DNA from: an uncultured Acidobacteriota bacterium
Lineage (GTDB): Bacteria; Acidobacteriota; Thermoanaerobaculia; Multivoradales; SZUA-115
Assembly: GCA_963805975.1 (NCBI GenBank)
Contig: CAWDVR010000001.1
Span: 544,001 to 608,000 of the forward strand
Length of the DNA stretch: 64,000 nt
Direction: 5' to 3'
The notes under the pieces were generated by a model. It was not told the origin of the DNA. It saw only the letters and a program-made list of their open reading frames with translations, and searched no databases. This document shows, one piece after another, positions 22,414 to 31,239 of this stretch. How positions within the stretch are numbered: position 1 is the first letter of the stretch; each line of letters begins with the position of its first letter. A program made the translations under genes and the position numbers.

Positions 22414-23774
22414 CCTCCCGGCAGCAAGCCCCCTCCGAAAGCCAGCAGCTCGAGCACCGCCGCGGCCAGCCCGGCCGCGGCGAGCCGGGCGCGCGGCAGG
22501 GCCGCGAGAGCGGCCCGTCCGCCCGGCCGGGCTAACGTACCCCGGGCCAACGTACCCACGGCCAGCGACGCGTAGAGGATCAGCAGCGGCAGGAGTTGCA
22601 CCACGTAGCGCGACTTGACGTGCAAGCCGACGAACAGCAGCAGGTTGTAGGCGAAGAAGGCCGGCAGCACCCAGGCCCAGGCGCGCCGGGCCGGCGGGTG
22701 GAGCGCCAGGCCCAGCGGCGCGGCGGCAAGCAGCAGCGCGTAGAGCGCGTAGCTCGTGCCGCGGAGCAGCACCGCCAGGGCCGGCGGCGCCTGCCAATAG
22801 CCGCGGCGCCGCTCGGCGAGCGCCCCGCCGGGCAGTTGGTCGGTGAGGAGCGAGTCCTTGTCGAAGAGCCGGAAGTGCTGGCGGGAGAGCTGGCCCGCGA
22901 GCGTGGCGAGCCAGCCTTGCTCGGCGATCCGTTGCCGCACCTTGCCGGCGAGTGCCTGGTTGCGCTCGGCGAAGGTCGAGCCGCCGGCCTCGAAGGCGGC
23001 CAGCTCCTCGATCCCGCGGCGGTCGGAGAAGTCTTTGCGCGACGTGTCGTTCAATCCCACCCAGAGATTGAACCGCGAGCTGTCGGCGACGACGTAGGAG
23101 CCGGTGGCACGGCCGTGGGCGACGATCGTGGGCAGCACCACCGCGAGCGCCACTCCCAGCACCAGCGCCGCCGAGGCCAGCGCGCGGCGCCGCGGGCGCT
23201 CGGCGAGCACCGGCAGCAGGAGCACCGGCAGGAAGGGGCCGAGCAGGCTCTTGGCGAGGAGCGCCAGGCCCAGCGCCAGCCCCATCGCGGCCAGCCAGCC
23301 GCGGTGCGCCGGATGAGCCGCCAGGACCCAGAGCACGAAAGCGAAGAGGGCGAGGTGCAAGACCTCGGGCCAGAGGTAGAAGGCGAAAGCGGCGAGCGGC
23401 GGGTAGGCGAGGACCAGCAGGCCGGCGAGGTCCGCGGCCCAGCCCGGCCCCTCTGTAGACCGGGCGCCCAAGCGCCGGGCGAGGTCGCGGAGCAGCCAGG
23501 CGGCCGCCGCCAGGAGGGAGAGCTGGGCCAGGGCCACGGCGCCGCGCGAGCTGCCCGTCGCCCGGAGCAGGCCCGCGAGGAACTGCGAGTAGAGGGGCGG
23601 CCAGAAGAGGTCGGGCTTCACGGCCTCGCCGGCCGCGAGCGCCTCGGCGCGCTCCAGGTAGCGCAGCTCGTCCCCCACCCGGCGCCGGGGCTCGGGGTTC
23701 CACTCGATCCACGCCAGGGCGGCGATCACCACCGAGGCGGCCAGAAGGCCCAGCGCGAGAGACCGGCGGGACAT
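22410..23774 (-). CDS. ArnT/PMT-like (GT-C) membrane glycosyltransferase
   Basis: GDELRY acidic loop, FWPPLY, LWPEVL, FNLWVGLN, SRY; many TM helices. Confidence 0.75.
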   Translation of the reverse strand: MSRRSLALGLLAASVVIAALAWIEWNPEPRRRVGDELRYLERAEALAAGEAVKPDLFWPPLYSQFLAGLLRATGSSRGAVALAQLSLLAAAAWLLRDLARRLGARSTEGPGWAADLAGLLVLAYPPLAAFAFYLWPEVLHLALFAFVLWVLAAHPAHRGWLAAMGLALGLALLAKSLLGPFLPVLLLPVLAERPRRRALASAALVLGVALAVVLPTIVAHGRATGSYVVADSSRFNLWVGLNDTSRKDFSDRRGIEELAAFEAGGSTFAERNQALAGKVRQRIAEQGWLATLAGQLSRQHFRLFDKDSLLTDQLPGGALAERRRGYWQAPPALAVLLRGTSYALYALLLAAAPLGLALHPPARRAWAWVLPAFFAYNLLLFVGLHVKSRYVVQLLPLLILYASLAVGTLARGTLARPGGRAALAALPRARLAAAGLAAAVLELLAFGGGLLPGG

Positions 23775-23838
23775 GGAGGTGGGCAGGATAGCGGCGGCCG
23801 GCGGAAGGCCGCAAGCGAGCGCCGAGGTCGAGGCCGCC

Positions 23839-23938
23839 CCCAGATCCTTCGCTGCGCTCAGGATGACAAGGCCCCCTCTCGCGAGCACAGGGACATCCAC
23901 CCACGTACTGTCATCCTGAGCGCAGCGAAGGATCTGGG
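23839..23938. repeat. Perfect 30-bp inverted REP doublet (REPIN-like)
   Basis: CCCAGATCCTTCGCTGCGCTCAGGATGACA (23839-23868) and its exact reverse complement (23909-23938). Confidence 0.88.
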
Positions 23939-24004
23939 CGGGGGAGGATCGGAGGAGGGGTACACAGCATGGTAGGGTTGGTCTTCTCGATGATGGGCTC
24001 CCAC

Positions 24005-24370
24005 ATGAAAAGACTCCCCGTTCTCCTCCTCTCCTTCTCCCTGCTCTTCTTTCTCTCGTCGCCGGGTGCCGCGGCCGAAGAGCCGGCGAAGCTCGCCAAC
24101 ACCCTGCGCTGGACCACCGCCAGCGAGGTCGACAACTTCGGCTTCGACATCTACCGCGGCGATCAGAAGGACGGCCCCTTCGTCCGCCTGACCCAGTCGC
24201 CGATCCCCGGCGCGGGCACCTCCGACGTGCCCACGCAGTACGAGTACCACGACGAGACCATCGAGCCGGACCGCGAGTACTTCTACTACGTCGAGTCCAT
24301 CGCCATGGACGGCAGGCGGGAGCACTTCACGCCCGTGGTGCGAGTGGCGCCCAAGCGCCGGCCCGAATGA
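24005..24370 (+). CDS. Small secreted FN3-like WxTASE domain protein
   Basis: Signal peptide ending AAA; NTLRWTTASEVDNFGFDIYRG...GAGTS...YEYHD...YFYYVE. Confidence 0.82.
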   Translation: MKRLPVLLLSFSLLFFLSSPGAAAEEPAKLANTLRWTTASEVDNFGFDIYRGDQKDGPFVRLTQSPIPGAGTSDVPTQYEYHDETIEPDREYFYYVESIAMDGRREHFTPVVRVAPKRRPE

Positions 24371-26742
24371 AGGTGCGCTCCAGATTCGCTCGGCGGGCTG
24401 CTCTCCTCGCGCTGGCCGCCGCCGTCGGCGCGAGCCTCGCGGGCGCCGCCGCCCCGAAAGCCGCTCCTCTGCCCGCGGCGATAAAGATCTTCGTGCGCGA
24501 GCCCGGCGTCTACCGGGTGACCTTCGACGAGCTCGCGGCGGCGGGCCTCGCACGCGAACCCTTGGCCAGCCACCGTATCGGGCTCGCGAGCGCCGGCCGG
24601 CCGGTGCCCATCTGGGTCCACGGCGACGGCGACGGCCGCTTCGGCCCCGGCGACGCGATCGAGTTCGTGGGCGAGCACCTGGCCGGCGAGCACTCCTACT
24701 TCAACCCGCAATCGGACGAGAACGTCTACCGGCTGCGCTTCGACGACCCGGCGCCGGCCCGCATGCGCGGCCTGGCCTCCGAGGGGAAGAAGGCTCCGCG
24801 GGCCGGCGGGGCGGCGCGCTTCGAGCGCCGGCTCCACCTCGAGAACGACGACCTGTTGCTGCGCTTCTCCAAGGCTGCCGGCGAGGATGTCGAGCTCTGG
24901 TACTGGGCCAAGCTCGGCTGGGCGGACAAGGAGGCCTTCGCCCTGCCGCTCGAGCTGCCGGGCCGCGAGCCGGCCGGCGCGGTGCGCCTGCGCGTGTCGC
25001 TGCGCGGCTGGTCCTGGCAGCGGCCCGAAGAGCACCGGATGCCCGATCACCGCGTCGAGGTGGCGCTCGACGGCGTGGCGCTCGGCAGCGGCGAATGGGA
25101 CGGTCAGGACGAGCTGGTGCTGGACCTGCCCGCGGTGCCGGCGGCGGCGCTCGCCTCGATCTCCGGAGGGGGAGCGCACAAGCTCACCCTGGGCGTTCCC
25201 CCGCGTACCGCGGAAGGAGCCAAGGACCCGATCGTCGACGTGGTGGTGCTCAACTGGGTCGAGGTCTCCTATCCCTCGGCGCGCGCCGCGGAGGGCGAGG
25301 ACGAGCGGCTCTACCTCGCGGCACCCGGCGCCGCGCAGGGCGTGCTCGAGACCATGGCACCCCTGGTGATCTACGGCGAAAAAGGCAGCCGGGTGGAGGC
25401 GCAGCCGGCCGGCGCCGCCAGGCCCGACGGCAGCAGGCCCTACGCCTTTCCGCTCGCCGCCGGCGAGAGCTGGGTCTACGCGGTGGGAGCCGCCGGACTC
25501 CTCAGCCCGGCGAAGCTGGCGGCGGACCGGCCGTCCGACCTCGCGAGCACGAGCCGGCAGGCGGACTACATCATGATCGCCCACCCCAGCCTGAAGGATG
25601 CGATCGAGCCGCTGGCCGCGCTCCACCGCCGTCGCGGGCTCACCGTCGAGGTGGTGGACGTCGACGACGTCTACGACGAGTTCTCGGACGGCGTGGTCTC
25701 GCCGCGCGCGCTGCGCGATTTCCTCTCCCACGCCTACCACCATTGGGCGCGGCCGGCGCCGCGTTTCGTGCTCCTGGTGGGGGACGCGAGCTGGGACCCG
25801 CGGGCCGCGGAAGCCGGTGAGGACCGCGCCTACGTGGACTGGGCGTTCGCGCCCCGCGACGGCGCCCGCTTCCGGCGGAACCGCAGCACCTCCTACAGTG
25901 ACGAGGCGCTGCGCCGCAACCGCAATCTGATCCCCACCGGCACCTACCTCACTCCCCAGGGCCACGCCGCCAGCGACAACGAGCTGGTGGCGGTGGACGG
26001 CAACGACCGCTACCCGGACCTGGCGATCGGCCGCCTGCCGGTGGTGACGCCGGAAGAGGTGGCGGCCATCGTCAGCAAGACCATCCGCTACCTGACCGAG
26101 CCCGAGGCCGGTGCCTGGCGGCAGCGCATCCTGTGGATCACCAACGAAGACCCGGCGCTCCAGCGGCACAGCGACCGGCTGGCCGCGACCCTCGCCGGCC
26201 AGGGCTACGAGTCGCGCAAGGTCTACCCCGGGGCCACCGGGGCGAGCAACGCGATGCTCCAGCAGACGCTGCGCCAGTCCTTCGACGAGGGCTTCGCGGT
26301 GGTGCACTTCCACGGTCATGGCGGCCGCTACATCTGGCGCACCGGCGTCTCGGACCTGGAAAAGAACAGCGACCTCTTCACCCTCGAGGATCTCGACCGC
26401 CTGGCACCCTCGCACCGGCTCTCGGTGGTGCTGAGCATGACCTGCTACTCGGCGCCGTTCGACCACCCGACGGCGGACTCGATCGGCGAGAAGCTGCTGC
26501 GCTTGCCGGACAAGGGCGCGGTGGCGGTGTTCGCCGCTTCCTGGCGCAACGCCCCGCTCACCGGCTACAGCCAGGCGGTGGTCGAGGAGCTGCTGCGCGA
26601 GAAGACGGTGGGTGAGGCGCTGGTGAAAGCCAAGCGGCGGGCGGTCACCCTGTCGTTGGTCGAGCTCTACAACCTGCTGGGCGACCCGGCCCTCGAGATG
26701 CCGCCGCGGGCCCTGCACGGGCACGAGGCGGCGGCGCCATGA
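24367..26742 (+). CDS. C25 family cysteine peptidase (gingipain/PorU-like)
   Basis: Signal peptide; KIFVREPGVYRVT, ADYIMIAH, VYDEFSDG, LLVGDAS, IGRLP, catalytic HFHGHG and MTCYS, YNLLGDP; ATGA-coupled on both sides. Confidence 0.9.
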   Translation: MKVRSRFARRAALLALAAAVGASLAGAAAPKAAPLPAAIKIFVREPGVYRVTFDELAAAGLAREPLASHRIGLASAGRPVPIWVHGDGDGRFGPGDAIEFVGEHLAGEHSYFNPQSDENVYRLRFDDPAPARMRGLASEGKKAPRAGGAARFERRLHLENDDLLLRFSKAAGEDVELWYWAKLGWADKEAFALPLELPGREPAGAVRLRVSLRGWSWQRPEEHRMPDHRVEVALDGVALGSGEWDGQDELVLDLPAVPAAALASISGGGAHKLTLGVPPRTAEGAKDPIVDVVVLNWVEVSYPSARAAEGEDERLYLAAPGAAQGVLETMAPLVIYGEKGSRVEAQPAGAARPDGSRPYAFPLAAGESWVYAVGAAGLLSPAKLAADRPSDLASTSRQADYIMIAHPSLKDAIEPLAALHRRRGLTVEVVDVDDVYDEFSDGVVSPRALRDFLSHAYHHWARPAPRFVLLVGDASWDPRAAEAGEDRAYVDWAFAPRDGARFRRNRSTSYSDEALRRNRNLIPTGTYLTPQGHAASDNELVAVDGNDRYPDLAIGRLPVVTPEEVAAIVSKTIRYLTEPEAGAWRQRILWITNEDPALQRHSDRLAATLAGQGYESRKVYPGATGASNAMLQQTLRQSFDEGFAVVHFHGHGGRYIWRTGVSDLEKNSDLFTLEDLDRLAPSHRLSVVLSMTCYSAPFDHPTADSIGEKLLRLPDKGAVAVFAASWRNAPLTGYSQAVVEELLREKTVGEALVKAKRRAVTLSLVELYNLLGDPALEMPPRALHGHEAAAP

Positions 26743-27119
26743 GATCCGGCAGCACAGCCCTGCGGGCCGGGCTCGCTCTGGCGGTCCTCACGGTGGTGAT
26801 CCTGGGAACGGGCTGCCAGGGTGGCGACGAGGCGGAGAGCCGCAGGAACCTGCTGCGCTGGACCACGAGCTGGGAGAAGGAGAACGTCGGCTTCGACGTC
26901 TACCGCGGGCCGGCACCCGCAGGCCCCTTCGAGAAGCTCACGCCCGTCCCCATCGCCGGCGGCGGCGTGTCGGAGAAGCCGCAGGACTACCGCTTCGAGG
27001 ACACCACCATCGACCCGGCCCGCGAGTACTTCTACTACGTCGAGGTGGTGAAGGCGAACGGCGAGCGGCTGAAGATCACGCCGGTGATGCGCGCCAAGGC
27101 CAAGGCACCGAAGGGGTGA
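26739..27119 (+). CDS. Lipoprotein paralogue of the FN3-like WxTASE protein
   Basis: Lipobox-like LGTG-C; NLLRWTTSWEKENVGFDVYRG...YRFEDTTIDPAREYFYYVE. Confidence 0.82.
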   Translation: MRSGSTALRAGLALAVLTVVILGTGCQGGDEAESRRNLLRWTTSWEKENVGFDVYRGPAPAGPFEKLTPVPIAGGGVSEKPQDYRFEDTTIDPAREYFYYVEVVKANGERLKITPVMRAKAKAPKG

Positions 27120-28963
27120 GTCGCGGGATCGGCTTCGAGGTCCTTGGGCGAGGTGCTCGACGCCCGAGCTCGCTGCGCGCCTCGCCCAAGGACCTCGAAG
27201 CCGATCCCGCGACGGCACGAGAGAGAAGATCCAAGCGTAACGGCAAGCGAGACGGGTTCGCCTTCGCCGCCATCTTTCTGCTGGCGCTCGCCGTCCGCCT
27301 GCTCTGCCTTCGGCAGCTCGGCGGGTTCCCGCTCTTCGACTTTCCTCTCGCGGACTCGAGGGTCTACCTCGAATGGGCGCGCCAGATCGTGGCGGGGGAT
27401 CTCTGGAGCCGCTCGCAGGGCGTCTTCTACCAGGCGCCGCTCTACCCGTACTTCCTGGCCGCGGTCTCGGGGCTGGCCGGCGAGAGCCTGGGTGCCATCC
27501 GCCTTGCCCAGGCCCTGATCGGCGCACTGGGCTGCGGCCTCCTCACCGTGGCCGGCCGGCTGTTCTTCGATCGGCCGACCGGGCTGCTCGCCGGTGGGCT
27601 CACCGCGCTCTACGCACCGCTGGTCTTCACCGAGAGCCTGATCCAGAAGGAGGCGCTGGCCGCCGCCCTCGCCGCCGCGTTGCTCCTCTCCCTGGCTCTG
27701 GCCGGCCGGCGCGAGCCCGGCTGGCCCTGGCTCGCGGCGGGTGTCGCGCTCGGCGCTCTCTCTCTGCTGCGCGAGAACGCCCTGCTCGTGGCACCGGTCC
27801 TCGCCGGCTGGCTGTTGCTCTCACGGCGCGATCCGCCGGCCGCCGCCCCCCATGGCCTGTGGCCTCGGGTGCTGGCATTCGTGGCAGGCCTGGCGCTGGT
27901 CCTGGTGCCGGTGGCGTTGCGGAACGCGGCCTTCGGCGGTGGCTTGGCGCTGACCACGTCGCAGGCCGGGCCCAACTTCTACATCGGCAACCATGCCGGC
28001 GCCACGGGCTCCTACGTACCGCTCCTCGCCGGCCGGAGCGATCCGGCTTTCGAGCGCCGGGACGCGACCGAGATCGCCGAGCAGGCCGTGGGCCGCGAGC
28101 TGGCGCCGGGCGAGGTCTCTTCCTATTGGTTTCGGAGGGCGCTCACCTTCATGCGTGAGGAACCCGGCGCCTGGCTGGCGCTCCTGGCGCGCAAGGCATG
28201 GATGGTGATGCACCGCTTCGAGCTGGCCGACACCGAGGATCTCTACCTCTTCCGCGAGGCGTCCCCGCTCCTCACGGCCCTTTCCGGGCTCGGCAACCTC
28301 GGGGTCCTGCTGCCGCTGGCGGCCGGCGGCGTGGTCCTCACCTGGGGCCGGCGCCGCGGGCTCGCCCCGCTCTATCTCACCGCCGCGACCCTTCTCCTCT
28401 CCGTTGCCCTGGCCTTCGTCTTCAGCCGCTACCGGTTGCCGGCCGTGCCGGCGCTGGCCGTGCTCGCCGCCGCGGGGTTGCGCGAGGCCTGGCTCCGGGT
28501 TCGCGCCGGCAATCTCCGGTCCCTGGCCCCGGCCGCGCTCGCGGTGGCGCTGGTGGCGGTGCCGGTCAACTGGCCGGCGCCGGCCGCGTGGCGTGGGGGA
28601 ACTGGCATGGCCTTCTCGAACCTCGGCGCGGCGCTCGCCGGCCAGGGCCGTCTCGACGAGGCCATCTCCCAGTACAGGAAGGCGCTCGCCCTGACGCCCG
28701 ACCTCGTCGAGGGACACCTCAACCTGGGCTCGACGCTCCTCGTCCAGGGCCGGGTGGAGGAGGCCTTGCCGCACCTCGAGCGCGCCGCGGCTCTGCAACC
28801 GGCGGACGCCGAGATCGAGCTCCAGCTCGCCTTCGTCCACGAGCGGCGCGGCGACCGCGACGTGGCCCGGGCGCACGCACAGCGTGCGCTCGAGCTGGCC
28901 CGCCGTTCGGGCAGCCCCGGGCTCGCGGCCCGAGCCGAGGCGCTGCTGCGCACGCTGCTCTGA
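27116..28963 (+). CDS. ArnT/PMT-like glycosyltransferase with C-terminal TPRs
   Basis: DSRVYLEWA, FYQAPLYPYFL, LRENAL, NFYIGN, FSRYRLP; TPR tail SNLGAAL...YRKAL. Confidence 0.82.
   Translation: MSRGIGFEVLGRGARRPSSLRASPKDLEADPATARERRSKRNGKRDGFAFAAIFLLALAVRLLCLRQLGGFPLFDFPLADSRVYLEWARQIVAGDLWSRSQGVFYQAPLYPYFLAAVSGLAGESLGAIRLAQALIGALGCGLLTVAGRLFFDRPTGLLAGGLTALYAPLVFTESLIQKEALAAALAAALLLSLALAGRREPGWPWLAAGVALGALSLLRENALLVAPVLAGWLLLSRRDPPAAAPHGLWPRVLAFVAGLALVLVPVALRNAAFGGGLALTTSQAGPNFYIGNHAGATGSYVPLLAGRSDPAFERRDATEIAEQAVGRELAPGEVSSYWFRRALTFMREEPGAWLALLARKAWMVMHRFELADTEDLYLFREASPLLTALSGLGNLGVLLPLAAGGVVLTWGRRRGLAPLYLTAATLLLSVALAFVFSRYRLPAVPALAVLAAAGLREAWLRVRAGNLRSLAPAALAVALVAVPVNWPAPAAWRGGTGMAFSNLGAALAGQGRLDEAISQYRKALALTPDLVEGHLNLGSTLLVQGRVEEALPHLERAAALQPADAEIELQLAFVHERRGDRDVARAHAQRALELARRSGSPGLAARAEALLRTLL
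27120..27213. repeat. Perfect 34-bp inverted repeat with a 26-nt spacer
   Basis: GTCGCGGGATCGGCTTCGAGGTCCTTGGGCGAGG (27120-27153) is the reverse complement of 27180-27213. Confidence 0.9.
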
Positions 28964-28987
28964 GCCTGCAATAGGATCGAGGCCGAG

Positions 28988-30007
28988 ATGAGCGGCACCT
29001 CCTTCAAGATCGCCGCGGTACAGGCGTCGCCGGTCTTCCTCGACCGCGAGCGTACGGTGGACAAGGCGTGCGAGTTGCTGCAGAGGGCAGCCGCGGCCGG
29101 CGCCCGCCTGGTGATCTTCCCGGAGGCCTTCATCCCCACCTACCCGTTCTGGGTCTGGTTCGTGCCGGCGGGCCGCTCCACCGTGCTGCGCGACCTCTAT
29201 GCCGAGCTCCTGGACCAGGCGGTCGCCATCCCCGGCCCGGCCACCGATCGCCTTTGCGCCGCCGCTCGCACGGCCGGGGTCCACGTGGCGATGGGGGTCA
29301 ACGAGATCAACCTCGAAGCGAGCGGCACCACGCTCTACAACACCCTGCTGTGGATCGGCGCCGACGGCTCGATCCTCGGCAAGCACCGCAAGCTCGTGCC
29401 CACGGCCGGCGAGCGACTGGTGCACGCGCCCGGCGACGGCTCGACTCTCGACGTCTACCCGACGCCGATCGGCCGCCTCTCGGGTCTGATCTGCTGGGAG
29501 AACTACATGCCGCTGGCGCGCTACGCGCTCGCCGCCTGGGGCACGGAGATCTATGCCGCGCCCACCTGGGACCGCGGCGAGCCCTGGCTCTCGACCTTGC
29601 GCCACGTGGCCAAGGAATGCCGTTGCTACGTCGCCGGCTGCTGCAGCGCCTTGCACCGGGACGAGGTGCCGGACCGCTATTCCTTCAAGCGCGAGCTCCT
29701 GCCTGCCGACCTCGAGTGGATCAACCCGGGAGACAGCGCCATCGCCGATCCCGATGGCAAGTGGGTGGTGGAGCCGGTCGCCCGTCGCGAGGAGATCCTG
29801 CTCGCCGACGTGGATCTCGACCGTGTGCGCGGCCCACGCTGGCAGCTCGACATCGCCGGCCACTACGCGCGGCCCGACGTCTTCCAGCTCACCGTGGATC
29901 GGACGCCGAGGCCTTTGATCGAAGTCCGCCTTCCGGAGGCTGCGGCACCGCTCGGGCGGGGCAGGAGGCATGGCGGCAAAAAGTTCTCGCCTCCAGCCGG
30001 CCCCTAG
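28988..30007 (+). CDS. Nitrilase (carbon-nitrogen hydrolase)
   Basis: Glu-Lys-Cys triad in FPEAF, HRKLVPT, ICWENY; GHYARPDVF. Confidence 0.92.
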   Translation: MSGTSFKIAAVQASPVFLDRERTVDKACELLQRAAAAGARLVIFPEAFIPTYPFWVWFVPAGRSTVLRDLYAELLDQAVAIPGPATDRLCAAARTAGVHVAMGVNEINLEASGTTLYNTLLWIGADGSILGKHRKLVPTAGERLVHAPGDGSTLDVYPTPIGRLSGLICWENYMPLARYALAAWGTEIYAAPTWDRGEPWLSTLRHVAKECRCYVAGCCSALHRDEVPDRYSFKRELLPADLEWINPGDSAIADPDGKWVVEPVARREEILLADVDLDRVRGPRWQLDIAGHYARPDVFQLTVDRTPRPLIEVRLPEAAAPLGRGRRHGGKKFSPPAGP

Positions 30008-30105
30008 CAAGAAGGTGCAGGCGTCGGCGACGCAGTCTGTCGATCGGACAGCGATTTCCCGGCTTTTCGGCTGTAAACATACCCTCCGTACGGCGCCGCG
30101 AGCCC

Positions 30106-30121
30106 TGGCATGGGGCCTGCA
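30106..30121 (+). promoter_or_regulatory. Candidate sigma54 promoter upstream of ku
   Basis: TGGCATG-GGGC-CTGCA with exact GG-N10-GC spacing, about 200 bp before the ATG. Confidence 0.4.
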
Positions 30122-30317
30122 CTACCGGCCTGCCGTAACGCAATGCCGGCTCGCGATCGTCGCGAACCGGCCTCCAAATAGAGTCACGAGGTACTGGCGG
30201 GTCTTCGGGCCCCGGCGTTTGGCCGGGGGAGACAAATTGGAACTGGGTGCGACGCCGAAAGGCGTAGCCACACGAGGGGGCCCGAAGCCCGCTGTTTTCA
30301 CGAAACTCTCAATCCCC

Positions 30318-31217
30318 ATGGCACATGCGATCTGGAAAGGCAGCCTGAGCTTCGGCCTGGTCAACATTCCCGTCGGGCTCTTTCCTGCCGAGGCACCCGA
30401 CGATCTCGACCTCACGCTCCTCGATCGCCGCGACCTCTCGCGGGTGGGTTACAACAAGATCAACAAAGAGACCGGGGAGCCGATCGAGGCCTCCGAGATC
30501 GTGCGCGGTTACGAGGTCTCGGACGGCAAGTTCGTGCTGCTGACCGAGAGCGATTTCAAGAAGGCCAACCCCAAGGCCACGCAGACGGTCGAGATCTTCG
30601 GCTTCGTGGCCGCCGGTGACATCCCGCCCCTCTACTTCGACAAGCCGTACTACCTGGCGCCGCTCAAGCAGGGTGTCAAGCCTTACGCCCTGTTGCGTGC
30701 GGCGCTCGAGCGCTCCGGTCGCATGGGGCTGGCGCGGCTGGTGATCCGCACGCGGCAGTACCTCGCCGCCGTCTATTCGCACGAGGACTCCCTGGTCGTC
30801 AACCTGCTGCGCTTCCCCCACGAGCTGCGGGACCCCGCCGCTCTCGACGTACCCGACACCGGCAAGAAAGCGGCCCCCTCCGCCAAGGAGCTGGAGCTCG
30901 CCGAGCGGCTGATCGCCGGTATGGAAGAGAAGTGGGAGCCCAAGCAGTACAAGGACGAGTACCGCGACGACCTCCTGGCCCTGATCAAGCGGAAGGCCAA
31001 GAGCCCGCGCGCCGTCGAGGCCGAGCCCGAGCCCGACGACGAACCGATGGCCGAGGTGGTGGACCTGATGGCGCTGCTCAAGAAGAGCGTGGCGGCGAAG
31101 AGCACCGGCAAGGGCTCCACCAAGGCCAAGCCCAAGCGCGCACCGCGCACCGGCAGAGCCTCCACCGAGCGCACGGCCCGCCGCTCGTCGCGATCGCGCA
31201 GCCGGAAGTCGGCCTAG
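30318..31217 (+). CDS. ku: Ku protein (NHEJ)
   Basis: IWKGSLSFGLVNIPV, IVRGYE, YFDKPYYL, YKDEYR, VVDLMALLKKS; basic tail. Confidence 0.96.
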   Translation: MAHAIWKGSLSFGLVNIPVGLFPAEAPDDLDLTLLDRRDLSRVGYNKINKETGEPIEASEIVRGYEVSDGKFVLLTESDFKKANPKATQTVEIFGFVAAGDIPPLYFDKPYYLAPLKQGVKPYALLRAALERSGRMGLARLVIRTRQYLAAVYSHEDSLVVNLLRFPHELRDPAALDVPDTGKKAAPSAKELELAERLIAGMEEKWEPKQYKDEYRDDLLALIKRKAKSPRAVEAEPEPDDEPMAEVVDLMALLKKSVAAKSTGKGSTKAKPKRAPRTGRASTERTARRSSRSRSRKSA

Positions 31218-31239
31218 CCAACCTCTCGGAGAGCGAACC

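Noticed and set aside
23839-23938. Inverted repeats as IS ends
   Set aside because: No transposase and only a 40-bp spacer; the motif recurs elsewhere as a REP.
24367-26742. Canonical type IX secretion locus
   Set aside because: No PorV/K/L/M/N or SprA genes here and no T9SS C-terminal domain on the peptidase; only the C25 similarity is supported.
30239-30266. GGAAC...CGTA EcfG-like promoter before ku
   Set aside because: Spacer is longer than the usual 16-17 nt.
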